Source: Malacoraja senta
Taxonomy: Eukaryota
Length of the DNA stretch: 64,000 nucleotides
NCBI GenBank assembly: GCA_038087875.1
Contig: CM075995.1
Coordinates: 10,170,001-10,234,000, forward strand
Reading direction: 5' to 3'
The notes beneath the pieces are model-generated. The model saw only the letters and a program-made list of their open reading frames with translations, was not told the origin of the DNA and ran no database searches. Below, in pieces: positions 61,301 to 64,000 of the stretch. The first letter of the stretch is position 1, and the number at the start of each line of letters is the position of its first letter. Made by a program: the position numbers and the translations under genes.

Positions 61301-62960
61301 GCACGGGGACACGCCAAACATGGCACTGGGACACGTCAAACACGGCACTGGGACACGTCAAACACGATACACGGCACGGGGACATGTCAAACATGGCACG
61401 GGGACACGTCAAACACGATACACAGCACGGGGACATGCCAAACACGGCACAGGACACGTCAAACACGGCACGGGGACACGTCAAACACGGCACGGGGACA
61501 CGCCAAACACGGCATGGGGACATGTCAAACACGGCACGGGGACACGCCAAACACGGCACGGGGACACGTCAAACACGGCACGGGGACACGCCAAACACGG
61601 CACGGGGACACGTCAAACACGGCATGGGGACACGCCAAACACGGCACGGGAACACGTCAAACACGGCACGGAGACACGCCAAACACGGCACGGGGACATG
61701 CCAAACATGGCACGGGGACAAGTCAAACACGGCACGGGAACACGTCAAACACGGCATGGGGACACGCCAAACATGGCACGGGGACACGCCAAACATGGCA
61801 CGGGGACATGCCAAACACAGCACGGAAACACGTCAAACACGATACACGGCACGGGGACACGTCAAACACGGCACGGGGACACGCCAAACATGGCACGGGG
61901 ACACGTCAAACACGGCACGGGGACACGCCAAACATGGCATGGGGACACGTCAAACACGATACACGGCATGGGGACACGTCCAACGCGGCACGGGGACATG
62001 CCAAACACGGCACGGGGACACATCAAACACGGCACGGGGACACGCCAAAGATGGCACGGGGACAAGTCAAACACAGCACGGGAACACGTCAAACACGGCA
62101 TGGGGACACGCCAAACATGGCACGGGGACACGCCAAACATGGCATGGGGACATGCCAAACACGGCACGGGGACACGTCAAACACGATACACGGCACGGGG
62201 ACACGTCAAACACGGCACGGGGACACGCCAAACACGGCACGGGGACACGCCAAACATGGCACGGGGACACGCCAAACATGGCACGGGGACACGTCAAACA
62301 CGGCACGGGGACACGCCAAACACGGCACGGGGACACGTCAAACACGATACACGGCATGGGGACACGTCCAACACGGCATGGGGACATGTCAAACACATAC
62401 ACGGCACGGGGACATGTCAAACACAGCACGGGGTCACATCAAACACGATACACGGCACGGGGACATGCCAAACACGGCACGGGGACACGTCAAACACGGC
62501 ACGGGGACACGTCAAACACGATACACGGCACGGGGACCTGTCAAACGCGGCACGGGGACACGCCAAACACGGCACGGGGACACGCCATACACGGCACGGG
62601 GACACGTCAAACACGGCACGGGGACACGCCAAACATGGCACGGGGACACGTCAAACACGATACACGGCACAGGGACACGTCAAACACGGCACGGGTACTC
62701 GTCAAACACGATACACGGCACGGGGACACTCCAAACACGGCACGGGGACACGTCAAACACGATACACGGCACGGGGACATGCCAAACACGATACACGGCA
62801 CGGGGACACTCCAAACACGGCACGGGGACACGTCAAACACGATACACGGCATGGGGACACGCCAAACACGGCACGGGGACACGTCAAACACGGCACGGGG
62901 ACACACCAAACACGGCACGGGGACACGCCAAACACGGCACAGGACACGCTAAACACTGCA
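58315..62960. repeat. 4.6-kb CpG-rich satellite: 22-bp unit CACGGCACGGGGACACG[T/C]CAAA with a 29-bp variant (+GATACAC)
   Basis: Seen directly; the 22-aa periodicity of the spurious ORFs equals three 22-bp units. Confidence 0.97.
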
Positions 62961-63069
62961 CAAGGGCACAACACGCTAGTCTGATACACAGGGACGGTGA
63001 TCTCTGGATCACTTCTATGCTAATGAGTATGGGGACACATGCTAGGTCTTGCTTCAGGGGTAGATATAA

Positions 63070-63625
63070 TCATAGTCATAGAGTGATACAGTGTGGAAGC
63101 AGGCCCATCGGCCCAGCTACACTAGTCCCACCTGCCTGTGCTTGGTCCATATCCCTCCAAACCTGTCCTATCCATGCACCTGTCCAACTGTTTCTTAAAC
63201 GATAGGATAGTCCCAGCCTCAACTACCTCCTCTTGCAGCTTGTTCCATACTCCCACCACCATTTGTGTGAAAAGTTACCCCTCAGATTCCTATTAAATCT
63301 TTTCCCCTTCACCTTGAACCTATGTCCTCTGGTCCTCGATTCCCCTATTCTGGGCAAAAGACTGTGCATCTACCCGATCTATACCCCTCATGATTTTGTA
63401 TACCTCTATAAGATCTCCCCTCATCCACCTGCACTCCAAGGAACAGAGACCCAACCTACTCAACCTCTCCCTATAGTTCACACCCTCTAGCCTGGCAATA
63501 TCCTCGTAAATCTTTTCTGAATCCTTTCAAGCTTGACGATATCTTTCCTATAATATGGTGCCCAGAACTGAACACAATACTGTAAATGCGGTCTCACCAA
63601 CATCTTATACAACTGCAACATGACC
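63070..63625 (-). mobile_element. CR1 LINE 3' fragment
   Basis: Similar to 14243-14660; the reverse complement encodes GESRTRGHRFKVKG..FNRNLRGNFF, with a (CTATGA) tail. Confidence 0.85.
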
Positions 63626-64000
63626 TTGCAGGGGAAAGGGCTTTACAGTTCTAGAGTGTGGAGTTATGAATAGAGTTCATTGGGACCATTTCTGGGTCAA
63701 TGACAGGCTTGACCTGAATGAGAACAGGGCCAATGATGGGTCTTGCTGGAAGATAGATAGATACAGAATGCTGGAGTAACTGGTCTTGCTGGGAGGTTTG
63801 CTTGTGCCCTTGGGGGGGGGGGGGGTTAATAATCTCTGCAGGGCAAGGGGAACTAGCTTAGTTTGGGAAGGGAGGTGGTGTGTCGGAGATACTTGAACCT
63901 TTACGGCCACATGTAAGATGCCAGATGCCAGTTCAGTTTTTTGTCACGTGTACCAAGGTATAGTGAAAACCTTCTTGTTGCGTGCTATCCAATCCGCATA

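Noticed and set aside
58256..63205. 1649-aa, 919-aa, 818-aa and other long His/Gly/Thr/Arg-rich ORFs
   Set aside because: They are by-products of a stop-free 22-bp satellite: all three frames give the same rotating peptide and they lie antisense in an intron.

Overview
Repeat-dense vertebrate genomic DNA. It is most likely from a cartilaginous fish (skate or ray), inferred from V-SINE/HE1-type SINEs, abundant CR1 LINEs and Penelope-derived repeats. Two host genes are supported. (1) A FAM83H orthologue has four coding exons with canonical splice sites and compatible phases, but they lie on opposite strands either side of a 200-N gap (exons at 48606-49082 and 49720-49884 on +; 58287-58163 and 56765-53982 on -). 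Its last exon has three frameshifts. Both anomalies are most simply assembly or consensus errors. (2) The 5' end of a divergently transcribed minus-strand gene (exons 6563-6671 and 2745-2858) has an RFX X-box/ETS promoter and is an IQANK1 candidate by synteny only. The rest is mostly transposable elements, with several nests resolved by target-site duplications (TSDs): hAT > Rex/Babar LINE > young Gypsy LTR element; Tx1-like > full-length RTE/BovB > CR1; CR1 > hAT > CR1; and a TAG..CTA DNA element with a 7-bp TSD. There are also several tandem repeats, including a TTAGGG-containing 19-mer, a 4.6-kb 22/29-bp satellite and a 1-kb pure pyrimidine tract. The most interesting non-coding signals are minimal hammerhead-ribozyme cores in Penelope-derived repeats and a long-range base-paired domain at the 5' end of the RTE element. 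I found no clearly novel multi-gene system. All calls come from reading the sequence; no searches were run.
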